From Trichinella spiralis (Eukaryota), in contig NW_003526943.1 in the NCBI RefSeq assembly GCF_000181795.1, forward strand, positions 1,056,487-1,120,486: 64,000 nt of DNA, given 5' to 3'. Shown one piece after another: positions 1-13,210 of this stretch. Made by a program: the position numbers and the translations under genes. Position 1 is the first letter of the stretch. Each line of letters starts with the position of its first letter. The notes beneath the pieces are model-generated. The model saw only the letters and a list, made by a program, of their open reading frames with translations, did not search any database and was not told where the DNA came from.

Positions 1-275
1 TGCAAATTTTAAAATTTATGAAACTTTGTATTTCAATGTAACTGTCATATCAAAATATTTACCAGTGTAAGTGTGCTGGATTCAGACTAGCTGGCATGAA
101 ATGAAGTTTGCTGCAAAATTGAGTAACTTAGTGATTCTTTACATAAATCAAATAAAAGTAGCAACTAAATTTAAACATATTTTTAAGCTATAAAAAAGGA
201 ACGAAAATCAGTTGTATTTACATTGCACCGAGCAGGAAAATTCCATATACCGAAGTAGAGAAATAAAATTGCGTT
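1..275. repeat. Diverged direct repeat, copy 1 (partner ~2915-3195)
   Basis: Colinear shared blocks such as GTGTGCTGGATTCAGACTAGCTGGCATGAAATGAA and GGAAAATTCCATATACCGAAGTAGA occur here and at 2915-3195; roughly 80% identity by eye. Confidence 0.9.
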
Positions 276-2001
276 TTGAAAAACAATTTTCAAGGTGCAA
301 AATTTCATCGGTATTACTTTTTCAAAACTTGCCTTAGATTACATTATTTATTACTTACATTAAAATGAATTAAATGAAATATAAATGAGGGAAATGTACT
401 GTTAGTGTACTTGCGGTATATTATGAAACTTCAAATCTGCAGCTGCTATTATAAACGTTGGGATCAACTGAGACATGCATTACAAATCTGCCTCTCAGAA
501 TAATTGAGCACAAGCAACTCACAGTTACATAAAACATACGCAAGTTATTAACATAGCAAAGTTGAATATGAAGGAAAACGGCATGCATGTACTCAGATTA
601 AGACCTAGTAAGGAGTATTCAATTACTAGCTCAGGCACGAAAAAATATTTATGCCAGATTCATAGCGTTTACAAAATAGCCTGACTTTATACTAAAATAT
701 TGTATCAGCTACAAAATACTTCCTGCAGTTTTTGAAATTTTTTTAGCTCAAACCGCTTTCAAACATAGTGAGCAGTCAAAATTGCATAGCAGTTTCTTGC
801 TTTCAACAGGGCTTGTGGCATAAATAAACAAAAAATGAAATCCAAATAGCATTCTTTAGTCAAATTTAGCTATAAGTAATTAAGCATCATTGTTTATTTC
901 ATTTATTCAACTTTTTTATTTTATTCTTTTAGGCAGGGATTTTAATAATTGCTGTTGAATGTGAAATAAAATATTGTCGAATTTTATTCAGAGGAAAAAT
1001 ATTACTTTATACTGACTCAACACGCTTGCAGAAAACATAAATTTTATCTAGAATTTAACTATGAATATTATTTTAAGTAGAATCAAAAAAATTCAGATAA
1101 ACGCTATAAATAATATAGTAAATGATAAAATTACTTTCTCAGAAAATAAAATATAGCAATACTAATGACATCGAACAGATGAACATCATCAAAATTCTTT
1201 TCAACAGCACAATAAAAATTAAACATATGATACTGCTCGTAAAAATGGTAGGAAAACAGATGAAATAATTTAAAATACAGTACTGTGAGATTATATGGCG
1301 ATACTAAAAATGCAAATTAATAGCGCATTCCTGTTCATCTGAAAAACAGATTTTCTTCAGTACAGCATGAGTTGATTTGGAGGAAGATGTCAACTTTATG
1401 CTCAACAGTTGTTTTGAAAATTGTAAAATTATTGTTTGTGAGTTTTCAAAAAACGAATTCTAATAGTATTTTAAATGCAGCTTGTTCAATAAAACAGAAT
1501 TGTGCAAACAAGCCCGTGCGAAAGCTCGATAAACAATACATACTGAAGAAGCTTCACTTTTGTGTTGCTATTTATTACAGTTTTTTATTTCACAGCCAAC
1601 CTGAATTTGAAAGAAAATATTAACACTCATCTTGTTTGTTTTTAAAAGGCAAGTATTTTAAGCAAATTGAAATGATGCAAATTCAAAATGATTAATTATT
1701 GACTTCTGAAGCTTTTTCAGCTAAATAAATGTTTATGTCTATTTTCATATTTAATAAATTGAGTGTAAATATTGCAATAGGTAATGATTGACGTAGCAAT
1801 CATGTGGTTCGACGTTCATGCGTACATAAATTTAAGTAAGTAATGATTATTTAATAAAAGTGAAAGTTTTTTAAATGAAATTTCATTGTTACATTTATTT
1901 CATCATTAAGCACGCATTGTTTGCAAAATGACTGCAGTAAACAAAGTAATGAATATAAATAGGACCATATGATGGGAGCAGTAACAAAATTCAGACTGAA
2001 A

Positions 2002-2698
2002 ATGAAGCTCTTTCTGTGCATACTTGCAATTACTCTTTGTGCGTAAGGATGCCCTTTTTTCATTACTAATCAGTAGCTAACATTTCATAATTTTTTCAGC
2101 AATAACACATAACATCACAAAATGAGATAAATGAAACACATCGACACATAAATCAAAAAATTACTTCATTATTTAATTATACAGAAATATTTCGCTAGGC
2201 TAAATATTTTTAGCGCTGCAATTTAGTGAGCTGTACCATATTATTAAACTGAAAATTTTTACACAGAACATTTTCATTTCATTAAAAACCATTAATGGAA
2301 TTTACTGGAAAAATAATAGTAATCTTGCTACATTAATTCTTTTAGTACATCCAGCCTTAAGTTGTTTAAATCCACAAAAGAGCAAATTAAACGAGCTCCG
2401 CTGAAATATAATGAGGTATGACTTTCTTATCATGAAATATCGATGGTTATTGCAATTAAATTATTTATTGAATGACCAAACGATAAGGAAAATCATTGTT
2501 GTTTAGGGAAAAGCTCAAATCCAAATTCAGGAACTCTGCAATACCGTATGCAGTCAGTACAGTGAAGAATATCTAAATCTTAAAAAGGAGACGGAACAAG
2601 TTGATAATGCTAGAGTCCAAGAAGCCCAGGCACAATTTGTGACATGCCACCTAAAGTGTTCATTGTCGATTAAAGCTCAACTTAAATCACTACAATGA
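2002..2698 (+). CDS. Small secreted protein (100 aa) with CX3C-X31-CX3C motif; exons 2002-2042, 2346-2415, 2507-2698
   Basis: Phase-compatible GT-AG introns give MKLFLCILAITLCA-TSSLKLFKSTKEQIKRAPLKYNE-GKAQIQIQELCNTVCSQYSEEYLNLKKETEQVDNARVQEAQAQFVTCHLKCSLSIKAQLKSLQ*. Signal-peptide-like N-terminus; TATAAA at 1954-1959. Confidence 0.8.
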
Positions 2699-2914
2699 TA
2701 TTCCAGTTATCGATGAAAGTATTTTTATAAAATTGTTTTTTAATAATGAAATGATCATAACTGTGATCGTTCAATTCTAATTTATAAATTTAATTCGTAT
2801 TGGAAATCAAATAAATTTGTTTTGTGATCAATTATGCAAATTGTCAACTAAAAAATATATCACTTTATCTAAATGTATAGGTAATATCAGTAGCTGCTCA
2901 CAGTTGCACAATGG

Positions 2915-3195
2915 TACAAATTTTGAAATTTGTGAGACTTTGTATTTTAATGCAACTGTCATATCAAAAAAATTTACCAGTGAAAGTGTGCTGGATTCAG
3001 ACTAGCTGGCATGAAATGAAATTTGCTACAAAATTGAGTAACTTCGTGATACTTTACGCAAATGGAATAAAATTAGCAGCTACATTTAAGCATATGCATA
3101 AGCTGTAAAGAAGGAACGAAAATCAGTTGTCGTATGTACATTGAAACGAGTAGGAAAATTCCATATACCGAAGTAGACAAATGAAACTGCACGTT
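2915..3195. repeat. Diverged direct repeat, copy 2 (partner 1-275)
   Basis: Colinear similarity to window positions 1-275. Confidence 0.9.
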
Positions 3196-3699
3196 AATAA
3201 CACCTGAATTTTCTAATGTTTTTGCATGTGCTGAAATTAATTCTACGCTTTTTTGATTCACTATTCCTGGTGTAGTGCATTCACTCATTCCCCTATGACG
3301 AATGGCTTTTTTTGAGGAATGCTGCAATTTCTTTGACATATACAATGGAAATCAGCGTGTAATAAGAAAACTAAACTTCATTGTATTTGAGAATCTATTC
3401 CAAGCTGTAGATGATGTGATATATTATTTGGTTCACTGATACATATAATGGCGTTGTAGAATAAATGAATGAGATTATAACGATGTTAAATAAAGATACA
3501 TAATATTAACGTGAAATTAGTAGAGTTGTCTCTAAAATTGTTTTAATGATTTGTTAAGCTATTAATACAACGAAAAACATTTGAAGAAACACGATATGTT
3601 TGCATGTTCTTGGATATCGACGCAACTGCTTTTTCAATTTTGTGTTAACTTAATAAATAAAATCATTTATAAATTTAATTATGTAATTAAAATCTTTAA

Positions 3700-5600
3700 T
3701 GTGTTTTTAGCAACTGGAAAATGTTTTCTAAAAGGAAGTGTTGACCTTGGCATTTTGCATTAAATTCTTTGTGGTAGAGTCTGAAAGATTTATGTGGCAT
3801 CTGAAAAACGGAAATGAAGATTTCCAGATTTTCATCGTTTACTTATTACTTTGATTATTGTCCCTTTTAGCTTTTTCGTTATTTCAGAGGACATTTAGCA
3901 TTTTACATTTTTTCGTCACTTATAAAAGTATTCATTTAAATTATTCCTTTATGTGTAAGAATATTCATAATTATTTTTTTAATTCATTGTGGTTTATTTC
4001 TCCTTCAGTTACATCTGAATCAGTCCGTAATTTTATTTCCTTAATGCTTTAACTTTGCGAATATTTTCTGTTAACGGTTTCTTCAAAATGTTCTATAACA
4101 ACTTGCGTTCCTTTCATATTTTTACAGTATCTGTATATATGCATATTTTATTTTGATTGTGTAACGTGCTGTTTTTAATCTTGAATGAATCTTTAATGAA
4201 AATTAAAGTATATATTGCTTTTTAGTTATTAATTTATAAGACAATATAATTTTTTCATTTGAATTATGCGCACGTTCACTATTATCTTCTTAACTTTGAC
4301 ATCCTGATTTAAAAATCGATAACAATAAACAGAAACATGCTGATCTACTAAGAAACAGAATTATTTTTTCATTTTGAAGCATTGCCCACTTTTAAGTATT
4401 TTTAATAACTACATATTTAAAGAAAATACATTTAATTAGTTTCTGTAGTACAGTACAAACGTAATTCGCTAAAACAACTGCTTTTAATTTTCATGTATAG
4501 TTCAATACTTTCCCCAATGCAAGAATAAGTTATCTCTAAGTTGCTGTTAATCTTTCATATAACATTTAATAATAAAAAGAATTTAATAATATTCTTTTAG
4601 AATCAATAGAACAGACTTTAATTTGTATTTTACTACAATAAAGCTTTTCTCATTGCAGTTAAAAGATTTACGCGCGAAATAAATTTTCATTTTATTATAT
4701 ATATTACTGCATTACATATTATCCGTATTAAATCAATGTAAATGAACTGGGCTTCAGTATAACCAATGCGGTTAACACCAGAGACCAGAGACAAAGCATC
4801 ATCTCTGTCAGCAGGAACGTAAACACCACCATTGCTATCTTAATTCATTTCTAAAAGTACAAAAATCAGAGAAAGTAATCTAATACATAAATAAAATTTA
4901 CAGATCTAAAATAATCAGACAAAATAAATTTCATCAAATATCAAACGCAAATTACAACATCATGTCATTAGAATTTTGATGTACATGTTATGAAAATTAT
5001 CTTTGAATTACCTTTGAATGGAATCATGTTTTCTGCTATCGATCACTAAAACAATAATCATTAGAAAAAGAAATTTTTATAGCATATATTATATGACAGG
5101 AAAAACTATCAGAGTAAAAAAAATCATAAGTTATTCAGTGAGGGCAAGTATTATCATCATATGCATATTTTACATGAAGACATATTGCAAAAGAAAACGT
5201 AAAATAATCTACTTTAAAAGATACCATTTATGTTACGTCACAGATTTCAAGATCTTCTTTCAGTAGTTTATGTTTCCTCATACTTTATAGCATTCTGAAA
5301 TTCAATATAAATCACGATAAACATCACAATTACAACAAAATAATTTACTTAAACATTAAGATGGCACATTCTTCCAACAGTTTGGAATGTTACATAAAAA
5401 TTTATGCTCCATAAAGTAGAAAGTAAGCTTTAGAAAAACAATCAGGTAACAGGAAATGACAGTAACAACAATTTCACCAAATACACATAAGACAAAAGGA
5501 ATATTATTACAGTCTCTCTTGTTACAGTATATAACATAATGCATGTAACACAATACATGTATAGAATACGTTCGTAGCAATTCAAAAAACATTGTTTACG
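3700..5600 (-). pseudogene. Possible decayed multi-exon membrane-protein gene
   Basis: Several exon-like minus-strand segments with splice-like ends and hydrophobic frames (MVVFTFLLTEMMLCLWSLVLTALVILK at 4728-4832; MMIILALTE*LMIFFTLIVFPVI* near 5090-5160; FVLCVFGEIVVTVISCYLIVFL), interrupted by stops. No family recognised. Confidence 0.25.
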
Positions 5601-6670
5601 ATATAACAAATTCTTCATGTGCATTATACATTTTTATGCATTACTGGGTTTAAATAAATCAAATATTAACAGATTATAACGGGTTTTTTCCAAATCAATA
5701 CAATTTTTCTATTGTCATTTCTTATTGGTTTTAACAATCGGCTTCTCATTGGATGTTTATCGCGTAGTTAGATTGGTTTTTATAATCTAAGCGTTCACTG
5801 ATTGGAACTTCTTTGCTTTGATTAGCTGCTATATCTTTAATTTCATTAGTCCACATATTTTTATTTACAATTACTAATAATTTTAGTACTAGTGACGATT
5901 ATATGACTTTAATACTGCATCACATATTATCCATATTAAATAATACATGGTGGCATAACATTTGTTGTGAAAATTTTTATTATTCCAAAATTTTATTGAG
6001 CATACTTTTATCAAAATTTATGAAGTTTTATCATTCATAGAAATTTTGGTTTTATAATATATTTGTGGTGAAGTTTATACTTTTTAGTGATCAGTATTTT
6101 TAAAAGCAATTTTTTATTATTCTATGTTTTATTGTATCAGAACGAAGTTACATGGAATTTGACAGTAATAACAGAAAAAAACAAAAAATAGGAAGTAAAA
6201 CAGTGATTTTTATTTTTCAGTGTTCAGCAATAATAATAATAATAAACACATATCATTGAACGATATTAGAAATGTGAAAACGATAAAAAAGAGAAAAAGG
6301 AAATGATACAGTACAATAAAATAAAATAAAATACAAATATAATACAAGCCACCACTTGGAAGGCCGCATTAAATCTGCTCCGACGTTATGTACATCAAAG
6401 CTTAAGGAAACTGTTCCAGTGTGCGTCCAACGCTGGTGTATTTACCCCTATATTGCGCGACCCGTTCTTGCTTTTCAGCATAAACGCTGTTTGCGCGTCT
6501 TAACTCACAAACAGTAGCGTTTATTTGGCAATTACTGTAGCAATGAAATAATACTTCATTTTCAATTGTTCTTACTCTTACTGTAGTAAATCCGGTTTTA
6601 ATATTATTGTATATTTTTGCTTACTTTTCCGTTAGTGAAGTTCTCAGATTGGTAAAACAGTGGCAAAACC

Positions 6671-9600
6671 ATGGGTTCTTTGTTCAGAAGCGAGGAAATG
6701 TGCCGTTGTCAACTCTTTTTGCAAACTGAAGCTTCGTATGCTTGTGTATCTGAACTTGGCGAGCTTGGTCTTGTTCAATTTCGAGATGTATTTCTTCTAT
6801 TTCAACTGTTAATGTTTCTTTTGAAAGTTTGCTGCTTGTAGTTGAATCCTGATGTGACTGCTTTCCAGCGAAAATTTGTCAATGAAATTAGAAGATGCGA
6901 CGAAATGGAAAGAAAACTTCGTAAGTAGATTTTATGTAATGCAATTGATAATTATAAACCAGTCGTTGTAGGATTTTTGGAAAAAGAAATTAAAAAAGAT
7001 CGAATTCCAATTTTGGATACTAGTGAAAATCCCGATGCACCATTGGCTAGAGAAATGATTGATCTTGAGGTTTTATAAACTGTGAGACTTTTTCGTATAT
7101 TTTCTGACCTGCCTGTATTAAAGGCGACTTTTGAAAAACTTGATAATGAACTTCGCGAAGTGAACATGAATGAAGAAATGTTGAAGAAGAATTTTCTTGA
7201 ATTAACCGAACTGAAGCATATTTTACGCAAAACTCAAGCATTTTTTGATGAAGTAAGTCCATTAATATTTTATATGGACGAAAAATTTTTAATTTATTTT
7301 TATTTTTATACGTTAAATAATCTTTGTTGAGAGAGAACAAGAATTCATTATAGAATTATAATGTGAAAATTGCGGGTTGGTTGTATTCAGTATTGCTATT
7401 GATTATTGGGTTGTCATATTGCACTATGTAGCACTGCGTTTCTAGTTTGAAGCTATTAAAATCAATAACACGCTGTTTACATGCGACTAGTATAGTTGTT
7501 TTGTAACCTGGTTCTGAACTGTTTTCATAACAGATAATGAATTAAGCGGAAATGCAATGATTTTGTTACAAAGAAGTTTTCTTTATTTATAAGAATTCAA
7601 AATTTAACCATCGAATGGACAGTATGATTTTCCCCAACTGTGGCTCCGCCTATTTTTTACCAGTTTGATGAAATTGGCTTTAGAGCTCAACGTCTTATTT
7701 AAACTGTTATTGGTTAACCTTTTTCCCCTTAATATTGGCCAGTTTTCCGTTTTATATTAATTTTAAAATGAAATGCATTTTGTATTCTAAATGAAAAAAT
7801 CCAGTAATAATTCATAATAATTATACATTTTATAATATAATATGCTCATTGATAAGCTTAATGTTTATTTTCATAGTTAAATTTAATAATTGTTTACTTA
7901 TTGTATTACAGTTGTTGTGAGTATCTCAATGCAGAATGCAAATCTTTGTTGATAATCATGAGCAGAGGCAGTGGTGCAATAAAGTCAAGTTATTTACAGC
8001 TTCATATCAATCAGTTAGTACTGCTAATGAAAATTATTTTCAAAATTGCGCAGGCAGGTGATTTGTTGATCAGAGGTAAGAAGGCTTTAAGCTTTTTGAA
8101 CTGCTGCATAGCTGTTGCTGTTTTTCAAATGCCACCACGGTTGTCAATGAAAATAAATTGCTTTATTTTTAGCTATGACTATTTTCAATGAATTGAAACT
8201 GAAATATATACTAATACTCCGAGTAATGCTCATGATGCGTTCCTGAAAACAAATCGAAATGGCTAACCGCTAAACGGGTCATTATAGCATATGTTTGTAC
8301 TAAATCGGTTTTAATGAAAGTCAGAATACATACAACAAAAATCTGTTCGAAATTTTTATAAAAATATTTACACACTTTATTGATCATAATTATGATTGTG
8401 ATGGCTGGCCATTGGTTCCAATATAAATAAGTGATAGGTTTAAAATGCGATTTACAATTATAACCAATATAAACAACAACAGTGGAGTAACGAATAAAAT
8501 TCGAATGCGAAAAATGGGCGGAGTACGGTTGGAGCAAACGAGACTAAATGCTCAAATACGCATGATTAATCAAATGCATTTCAAGTACCCGAATAAGTAT
8601 TCTTAAAGTACCAATTTTAATGCTTAATAATTGATGAAAAAAAATTTTCATTTGCAAAGCATGTTTTATTGTGAAATCCGAACAACAATGATAAATGAAT
8701 TATTTAACGTTGAAATTTTGCTCAGGTTCCTGAACCAAGTGATTTTTTGAGCGACGAACGTGAGACACTTTTGTCTCAGGAAGATCATTTAAAAACTTCT
8801 GTTCTAAAAGTTGGGTAAGGGGATAATAAACGTGTTCATGTGTGTTGTACGTTGCGTTGCTTGTTTTTTTTTGGCTGTTGTACTTTTTTGCTACTGCTCG
8901 TCATGCACACGATTATTGTCAAAAAATTTTTTAATGGAAGTTGCATCATTTTCAAATTATGATTTTTTTGTCGTTTCAGTTATGGAAAAATACAGTCGAG
9001 AGGCTACAGAATTTATAAATTAGCTTGATGTATAATAAGAGTTATTTTAATAATATTGTTCATTCAAGCAGAGTATAAATATTTACTTTTAAAGGCACAC
9101 ATTGTAGGCAGTATATTTTTCTTTTTTATGAGGAAGACATTTGTGTTTTGGATAATTTTGTGATATAAAAGTTTGCTTGTTTTTGCATGATTTGATATGT
9201 TGATGTCGAGCATGCTGATGATGATGTGTTGTTGTGCAGCAAGAAAATATCCAAGCCATGCAATCGTTGCATGCAAACGATGGCAGCCTTGGTCAGGTGA
9301 ACCCCGCGCTGGAATACGACGGGGAATTAATTGTTACTGGTGATCACAAAGAGTCGTTTGGTGGTAAATTGAATTTAGAGTATGTGTCGTTTGTGCGTTG
9401 TGAATTTCTTTCTTTTTTTTGTTGTTTTGTCTTCTTTTGCTAAATTTTGTTAACATATCTGTATCCAAATGAAATGTGCATAATTTTCAGCTTTGTTGTG
9501 GGAGTAATACTGCGCGAGCGTATACCAGCATTTGAAAGGCTTCTTTGGCGTGCTTGCCGAGGCAATGTATTTTTGAAACAGGCAGAAATAACTGAATCAC

Positions 9601-12600
9601 TCGAAGATCCAGCTACTGTATGACATTATTGAAAAGCATGTTTCTTTTTTCAAACTGTTGCATTCGTGGTGTATTTGATTTATTATCAGGGCGATCTTGT
9701 GCAAAAATCGGTTATATTGATATTTTTCCAAGGTGAACAATTGAAAAGTCGAGTGAAAAAGATATGCGAAGGGTAAGGGCTAGATTTTTGTTTTGTCTGT
9801 TTTTAAATTTGAATTTGTATAATTCATTTCAGTTTTCGGGCAACGCTTTATCCATGTCCAGAAACGCCTCAAGAACGTCGAGAGATGGCGATTGGAGTTA
9901 TGACTCGAATTGAAGATTTGAAAACTGTATAAATATGAAAACATTTAAAACATACGATTATTAAATATTTCATATGCAGTATTGTTTTTTTAATAAATTA
10001 GGTTCTCGGACAAACGCAAGACCATCGTCATCGGGTGCTTGTAGCGGCGGCGAAAAATATTCGCATCTGGTTTACCAAAGTTCGAAAGATCAAATCCATA
10101 TACCACACGTTGAATTTGTTCAACTTGGACGTGACGCAGAAATGTTTGATTGCCGAATGCTGGTGTCCAGTGGCGGATTTGGATAAAATTCAGCTGGCGC
10201 TTAAAAGAGGCACTGTATGTGGAGATGCGAATTATGATTTAATTTCGTTTTATCCTTTGTTAGTTTCATATTTACTCATTTTATCAGGAAGAAAGTGGCA
10301 GCTCAGTTCCGTCTATTTTAAATCGCATGTATACCACTGAAGCTCCGCCGACTTACAATCGAACCAACAAATTCACAGCAGGCTTTCAGAATATTGTTGA
10401 CGCATACGGAGTGGCCAGTTATCGTGAAGTTAATCCAGGTATACATATATATATATTTCATATTTTTGTCAGATTTATGAAGTTATATTCATTTGGTATG
10501 TAGATATTGATTGTATTTCCATTTTTCAGCTTTGTACACCATTATCACATTTCCATTTTTATTTGCGATCATGTTTGGCGATTTTGGTCATGGCTTGATT
10601 ATGTTTCTTTTTGCGTTGTTCTTAATTGTAAAAGAAAAGCAACTGATTGCCAGAAAAATTCGCGACGAGGTATACGTTATCAAGTGATCGTCTCTTGTCT
10701 CATTGATTATATATTATGTTAATTTGTATTGTTTTCAGGTTTTCAACATCTTTTTTGGTGGTCGTTACATAATATTCTTGATGGGCTTGTTTTCCATGTA
10801 CACTGGAATTGTCTACAACGAAGTTTATGCCAAATCGGTCAACATATTTGGATCTTCTTGGGTGATTCCTCCAGAAGTGGAGTATGATAGAATTCTTTAA
10901 ACTGCCTCTTTACTTTTATAGTCGGTTGTGCGTGTGGGTTATTTTTTCTTAATTTTAGCGATAACGTACTGGCAAATATGGAAAAAATTCAACTGAATCC
11001 AAATACATCTTTTCTTGGTCACGCCTATGCGTACGGGATTGATCCGGTAAACAGCAAGGTTACATTAATATATGGAATATAAAAAGCAGAATATTTTCTT
11101 TATTTTCAGGCATGGAATATTGCCGTGAACAAATTGAATTTTTTGAATTCATTTAAAATGAAAATGTCTGTAATAATTGGAGTTTTCCAAATGATTTTTG
11201 GAGTGGTGTTGAGTCTTTTCAATTATCGGTACGTGTAATCGATGAATTGTTTAGTTAGTTTGTTTGTAATGGGTGCTGTTTTCAGATTTTTCAACCGAAA
11301 GCTTGACATTTATACCATGTTCATTCCGCAGATGTTGTTCATGTGTTGCATATTTTTGTATTTGTGCATGCTGATCATTTACAAGTGGACTGCGTTTTCT
11401 GCCGCCCCGGCCGACATGGCTGTCGGTCATTATCCAGGCTCTCATTGTGCACCGTCGCTTCTGATTGGTCTTATTTTCATGTTCATGTTCCAACAACGCA
11501 ATTACGGCTTTGCTGATTCCAAATGTGTCACCAACGCTTTTTACCCTGGACAGGTGAATTTTAATTTTTATTCAATACAATATACAATCTATGATGCTAT
11601 GAGATATTATTTGTTTTTCAGGTTGGCTTTGAACAATTTTTAGTTGTTGTTGCTGTATTGTGTGCACCGACGATGCTTTTTGTAAAACCATATCTGATTT
11701 ACCGCGAGCGTAAGAATCGATTGAATGATGGGCACATAGTATGTTCTTCTTTTAATTATTTTTTTAATACATATTCTAATAGTAATTAATAATTATTGTT
11801 TACTGTGAAACAAAAGGTTCACTTGTAAATTGTATGATTTTTATCATAACTGTATTCACTGAAGAGAATAGATACTGTTATTTTTGTTATACATTTGTCT
11901 GTTATATAGGCTATACATGCTGATATGAATTCTGATGATGCAGAAGCGGTTCAAATCAAGCAAAAAGCTTCTTCTTCTACATCTGCTGGAGCTCATGATG
12001 AACACGATGATGTGAGTTATTTTGTGAAATGATTTTTTTCTCTCTCAGCATTAAAATTTGCTTTAATTCTGATTTGATTTGAACAACAACAACTATTTCA
12101 GATGAATATTGGTGAAATTTTTATTATCCAAGCAATTCACACTATCGAATTTTGTTTGGGCTGCATATCGCACACGGCTTCTTATTTGCGACTCTGGGCA
12201 TTGTCTTTAGCTCATGCTCGTAATGAATGCGCAATAATAATAATAATAATAATAATAATTTATGCAAGTTCATGAATCATCTATTTCTGTTTCATTGAAA
12301 TTTATTTCAGAACTTTCCGAAGTGTTGTGGTCAATGGTGTTGAGAATTGCTTTCGGATTTCAAGGCTACGCCGGCGCTATAGCCGTATATCTGATCGTTT
12401 GGGCATTTGGAATGTTGACAATTTGTATTCTGGTACTGATGGAAGGCTTGTCGGCATTTTTGCACGCGCTTCGACTTCACTGGTCAGTTGTTTTCTCTTT
12501 TGAGTGAAATTCACTGTTGTACTTTATTATTTTTATGCAGGGTTGAATTTCAAAGCAAATTTTACACCGGCTCTGGCTATTTATTTACACCGTTTTCATT

Positions 12601-12643
12601 TGATGTCATTTTGGAGCAGGCGAGAATTGAAGACGGCGACTGA
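6671..12643 (+). CDS. unc-32: V-type proton ATPase 116 kDa subunit a (unc-32/ATP6V0A1-like), about 20 exons with one mutually exclusive pair
   Basis: Starts [18 protein letters not shown]; includes [90 protein letters not shown] (essential Arg) and [16 protein letters not shown] at 12641-12643. Confidence 0.97.
8726..8814 (+). other. Alternative exon A of the V-ATPase a gene ([30 protein letters not shown])
   Basis: CTCAG acceptor, GTAAGG donor; 89 nt, phase 0 in and phase 2 out, matching the exons ending at 7252 and starting at 9491. Confidence 0.8.
9240..9379 (+). other. Alternative exon B of the V-ATPase a gene ([47 protein letters not shown])
   Basis: TGCAG acceptor, GTATGT donor; 140 nt, phase 0 in and phase 2 out. 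Confidence 0.8.
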
Positions 12644-13032
12644 TTGACATCACCATCATCATCATAATATGAAAATTAGAATTTTATTTTAAATTTAATT
12701 TTCATTTGAAATGATCCGAGTTCTTTTTTTGATTTTGATGATAATGATGTTGTTATTGTAATTTTTGGTATTCATTGTAGAATTATTTTTGAAATGCAAA
12801 AATCAAATGAGAAACATCACATTCCTAAATTTGTTTCGTCATAATTGTCTTTTGAATGTTTAAGAATTTAATGATACAACAATTATGTATTTGTCATTGT
12901 TTGTCATGCCGTGATTTGCATACTTGATTATGCCAGTGTACGCTTTGAGCAACTGAAAACACTTGCATGTTGTTGCAGATGCAATAGTAATATACAATTG
13001 CAATTAGTAAAAATGTTTAAAAAACTTTGAAG

Positions 13033-13063
13033 TATCTTCTATTCTTGTGTTGTTGCTTTTCAG
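13033..13063 (+). promoter_or_regulatory. Candidate intercistronic Ur-like element (TATCTT) and trans-splice acceptor (TTTTCAG) upstream of tpk-1
   Basis: TAYYTT match at 13033-13038 and nematode consensus acceptor TTTTCAG at 13057-13063; a second acceptor TTTTTGCAG ends at 13169. Confidence 0.4.
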
Positions 13064-13210
13064 AAGATAGTAATTTTGTCGACTATGTGTCAACATATAT
13101 ATGTTTGATTAATTGATGAATTAGTTAATCAGCTTTTTTTCAAGTAAATTTCATACTGTCTTTTTGCAGAGTACGCGTGTCAATAATAATAATATTAATA
13201 TTAATGAGCC

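Noticed and set aside
7901..8600. Possible third alternative V-ATPase exon (open frames near 7935-8058 and 8445-8596)
   Set aside because: Phase-2 donors exist but I found no stop-free phase-0 acceptor.
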